A stretch of DNA of 59,686 nucleotides, counting the filler. It is 6 parts of 6 records of this genome, joined end to end, with 100 filler letters (N's around TTAATTAATTAA, not from the genome) between each part and the next. Parts side by side here need not be neighbours in the genome. Positions count along the whole stretch, not along the records: positions 47,469 to 59,686 come from DRR723986_8288; 5 more parts are not named here. One strand, 5' to 3'. The position numbers and the translations under genes are program-made. Below the pieces are notes generated by a model that was not told where the DNA came from, searched no databases, and was given only the letters and a program-made list of their open reading frames with translations. Below are positions 59,234 through 59,686 of the stretch, in pieces (position 1 is the stretch's first letter; each line of letters starts with the position of its first letter).

Positions 59234-59305
59234 TCATAACGCCAATATTAAGCAGCCGCCTTGCCGGAGCACCGCGACGGTCCGGTGGAGGGCCGGAATG
59301 GACTT
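59234..59305 (-). mobile_element. Partial attC-like site (R' side intact, R'' side lost)
   Basis: Plus strand TCATAACGCCAATATTAAGCAGCCGCC..CGGTCCGGTGGAGGGCCGGAATGGACT; minus-strand GTTATGA lies ~40 nt before the DUF5343-like start. Confidence 0.55.
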
Positions 59306-59647
59306 CCACCCAATAAAGTGACCTCACTCCATAGATCGAGCAAATCGGCGTAATGGGCTGCCAATGACATAGTTTTACCTTCGCTCGATACATTGGCCAC
59401 CTCAAGATCACCAAACACCTCTACTATAGCCTCGACTTCCCTTTCCTGAAGTACTACGCGAAACAAATCAGTCTCTTCTCCACCTTCGTGCTTCTCAGGC
59501 TTTTCAATCGGGCCTTGCTCAATGATCGCCTTCAGCTTATTCGCGATCCTTGGATACGCGGGACGAACCACATCAATGGTTTCTTCTATCACTGATCTGC
59601 CAAACACATTCGCCGCCTTTGCTAACTCTATATTCAGGCTGGTTCAT
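59248..59647 (-). pseudogene. Small acidic hypothetical cassette gene, probably damaged at both ends
   Basis: Body VFGRSVIEETI..PIEKPEKH.GG.ETD.F..HYADLLDLW; ATG 59647 is out of frame with the body; the C-terminus reads into the attC remnant. Confidence 0.55.
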
Positions 59648-59654
59648 CGTGGGC

Positions 59655-59686
59655 ACTTAACGCCCGGCTCACGCGCCGGCTTGGAG
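59655..59686 (-). mobile_element. attC-like site, R' end (cut by window end)
   Basis: Plus strand ACTTAACGCCCGGCTCACGCGCCGGCTTGGAG; minus-strand GTTAAGT 7 nt before ATG 59647. Confidence 0.6.

Overview
This window is not one locus. It is six contigs joined by artificial 100-nt linkers (N-run + TTAATTAATTAA + N-run) at 11402-11501, 20900-20999, 30115-30214, 36433-36532 and 47369-47468, and they apparently come from different marine bacteria, so adjacency across linkers is meaningless. Contig 1 (Rhodobacteraceae-like) has rimK/protease/mgtE, an aminotransferase plus a gamma-glutamyl ligase, and the N-methylglutamate methylamine pathway (glxBCD/mgsABC, gmaS). Contig 2 (very GC-rich) has a tRNA-Glu 3' end, a bacterial homolog of eukaryotic protein arginine methyltransferases (PRMT7/9-like) and a CoA-dependent catabolic cluster. 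Contig 3 has a glycosyltransferase, an FAD-binding protein and a GntR-like peptide-type ABC/SDR/deacetylase operon. Contig 4 has a TPP riboswitch with thiD-O-S-G-E-F-thiY-like-tenA, and dnaJ. Contig 5 is a gammaproteobacterial core region (etfB, ETF-QO, serA, ppiD, hupB, lon, clpX). Contig 6 (47469-59686) is the interesting part: a mosaic of unrelated small genes and pseudogenes. It contains (i) seven copies of a ~19-bp motif (consensus about AATARRTCTGTCCCGGTTT) at gene or module boundaries, including two inverted doublets, (ii) eroded integron attC sites with no integrase in view, and (iii) two AT-rich two-gene candidate anti-phage modules (ABC-type ATPase + HNH, Septu/PtuAB-like; DUF5343-like + Swt1-like HEPN). 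All family calls come from recognising motifs by eye, not from database searches.
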